DNA of 64,000 nt, taken from NCBI RefSeq assembly GCF_009914755.1, contig NC_060947.1. One strand, given 5' to 3'. Shown here piece after piece: positions 61,818 through 64,000 of this stretch. A model generated the notes under the pieces. The model was not told the origin of the DNA. It saw only the letters and a list, made by a program, of their open reading frames with translations, and did not search any database. Numbering within the stretch: the first letter of the stretch is position 1; each line of letters opens with the position of its first letter. A program made the translations under genes and the position numbers. This DNA comes from the human T2T-CHM13v2.0 reference genome, Homo sapiens.

Positions 61818-63070
61818 TCTTTTTTTTTTTCTTTCTTTCTTTGTTCTCTTTTGAGACGGAGTCTTGCTCTGTCGCCCAGGCTGGAGTGCAGTGGCGCGAT
61901 CTCTGCTCACTGCAACCCCGCCTCCCGGATTCAAGCAATTGTCTGCCTCAGCCTCCCGAGTAGCTGGGATTATAGGCACCCACCAGCACGCCTGGCTAAG
62001 TTTTGTGTTTTTACTAGAGATGGGCTTTCGCCATCTTGGCCGGGGTGCTCTTGAACTCCTGACCTCGTGATTCACCTGCCTTGGCCTCCCAAAGTGCTGG
62101 GATTACAGGCATGAGCCTCCGCGCCCGGTGGAGACATAATTCTTACATATTGGTTTTCTATCCAGCGGCCTTGTGAAATATGCTTGTGAATTCTAAAGTT
62201 TACTTCTAGGTCGTTTTCAGTCTTCAATATACAGAAACATATCATCCTGGAATAAGAGCAGTTTTGTTTCCGCCATTTTTTTTTCTTTTTCCTTTTGTAT
62301 TTTTTTGTAGAGACGGGGTTTTGCCATGTTTCCCGGGCTGTTGTTGAACTTTTGAGTGCAAGTGATGCACCCACGTCACCTCCCACAGTGCTGGGATTAC
62401 TGGCGTGGGCCACCGTGGCGGGCCCGTCGTTGCCATTGTAAAGAGTTTTATTTCCTTTTCTGATTTTATGGCATTGCGCAGACCCACCCGTTACAATGGT
62501 GACAGTGGACATCCTTGTCTTATCCCTGATGAGAAACCGAAAAATTTCAACATTTCACCATCCTATTCACTCTCCTTTTTTTGTAGACGGACTTTATCAG
62601 AGTGAGTCATTCCATTCTGTTCCAAATTTGCTGAGAGTATTCATTTGAATATATGTTGATTTTCATCAAACAGTGCATCTATTTCGATTACCACAGCGTT
62701 TTTTCCCATTCATGGGTTAATATAGTGAATTCGATTGATAAATTTGTACGTTTTTAGGTTCGATTATTAAAACTTGAGACAGCGTCTCACTCTGTCACCG
62801 AGGCTGGAGTGCGGTGGTGTTATCAGAGCTCGCTGCAGCCTTGACCTCCTGGGCTCAAGCGCGCCTCCCACCTCAGCCTCCTGAGGAGCTGTGAGTATAG
62901 GTACATGCCACCATGCCCAGCTAATTTTTCGATGGTTTTTTTGTTTGTTTTTTGTAGTGATGAGATTTTCTGATGTTGCTTAGGCTGGTCTCGAAGTCCT
63001 GAGCTCAGGTGATCTGGCCAGCTCAGCCTCCCAAAATACTAGGATTACAGGCGTGAGCCTTGGCCTGGTC
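61818..63070 (-). mobile_element. Alu, Alu monomer and Alu of the GAGE inter-unit spacer (paralogues at 43441-44682)
   Basis: About 61818-62128, 62280-62425 and 62775-63070. Confidence 0.85.
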
Positions 63071-63789
63071 TGGTTTTTCTTATATAGGGGTCTTATCTAT
63101 ATAAAGACTAAAGTTAATCTGTGCCTTTGTGCGGGTGGGCTAAGAGCATGATGACTTTTATCATTCTATTGATTTAAAGAAAACTGTCCTTGACTTACCA
63201 GTGTGTAAGTCCATGAAAGCATAATTCTGTTGAAAGCATATATTGTTAATGGGTGTTGGGAACCGTGCACTTTCCGCTGCTGTGGGAGCATGTCCTTGGA
63301 GGTACCTTTCATCTGTTTTCTCAACTCCAAACATCTTAGGACCATGGGTTGTGACTGGTAGGACTATGTATCTTGCTGCTTTCAAGACGGAGTATATTTT
63401 CACGTGGTGTCACTCTGGCTGTCCTGTTTCCCTAATACTGTCACTTCACCCTCTGCGATTCTGATGCTACAAATGATAGATATCGTTTTAGCATTTTCTT
63501 ACGGGTCCTAGCGATTCTATTCATTTTTCTTTCAGTCTCTTTCTCTGACTTGTTCACATTGAACAATTTCCTTTTGGGATAGGTTGCTATTTCTGTTTTC
63601 GCAGGTGGTTTACCTGTCTTCCCAGCCAGTCACAGTGGTCCTTGTCCCCATGGTGGGTCCGGGGCAAGAGAGGGCCCTGGGTTGGGGGTGGGGTTCAGTT
63701 GAAGATGGGGTGAGTTTTGAGGGGAGCACTACTTGAGTCCCAGAGGCATAGGAAACAGCAGAGGGAGGTGGGATTCCCTTATCCTCAAT

Positions 63790-64000
63790 GAGGATGGGCA
63801 TGGAGGGTTTGGGGCGTGGCGCTGGGAACGGCAGCCCTCCCCAGCCCACAGCCGCGCATGCTCCCTGGGCTCCCGCCTCAGTGCGCATGTTCACTGGGCG
63901 TCTTCTGCCCGGCCCCTTCGCCCACGTGAAGAACGCCAGGGAGCTGTGAGGCAGTGCTGTGTGGTTCCTGCCGTCCGGACTCTTTTTCCTCTACTGAGAT
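63790..64000 (+). promoter_or_regulatory. Promoter and truncated non-coding exon 1 of the next GAGE gene (GAGE12/GAGE2-type)
   Basis: CpG-retaining copy of the GAGE promoter; ...ggttcctgccgtccggactctttttcctctactgagat runs off the window. Confidence 0.88.

Overview
Human (or near-identical great-ape) Xp11.23 sequence, identified from the encoded proteins and intron/exon structure. In order along the window: (1) the 5' end of FOXP3 on the minus strand, with the first coding exon at 132-341, a non-coding first exon ending at 6500, a TATA promoter and the intronic CNS1 and CNS2/TSDR enhancers; (2) a CpG island carrying ten same-strand CCAAT boxes; (3) the complete four-exon PPP1R3F CDS on the plus strand (799 codons by my exon sum); (4) an Alu/L1-rich spacer; (5) a truncated, orphan GAGE repeat unit; (6) GAGE10, with an 8.76-kb sense-oriented class I endogenous retrovirus (probably HERV15/RRHERV-I) in intron 3 and a young L1 fragment in intron 4; (7) the promoter and start of exon 1 of the next GAGE copy. 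I see no wholly new gene system. The best leads are: GAGE10 exon 4 has AT instead of AG at its splice acceptor; an orphan GAGE terminal exon would splice in frame to PPP1R3F exon 3 and replace its membrane anchor; an intact GAGE1-type Alu exon sits at the L1-empty site; a second FOXP3 exon-1 donor would add an in-frame upstream ATG; and a readthrough-type pseudoknot is preserved after the ERV gag stop. Repeat subfamily names, repeat edges and rsIDs come from visual recognition or memory and need checking.
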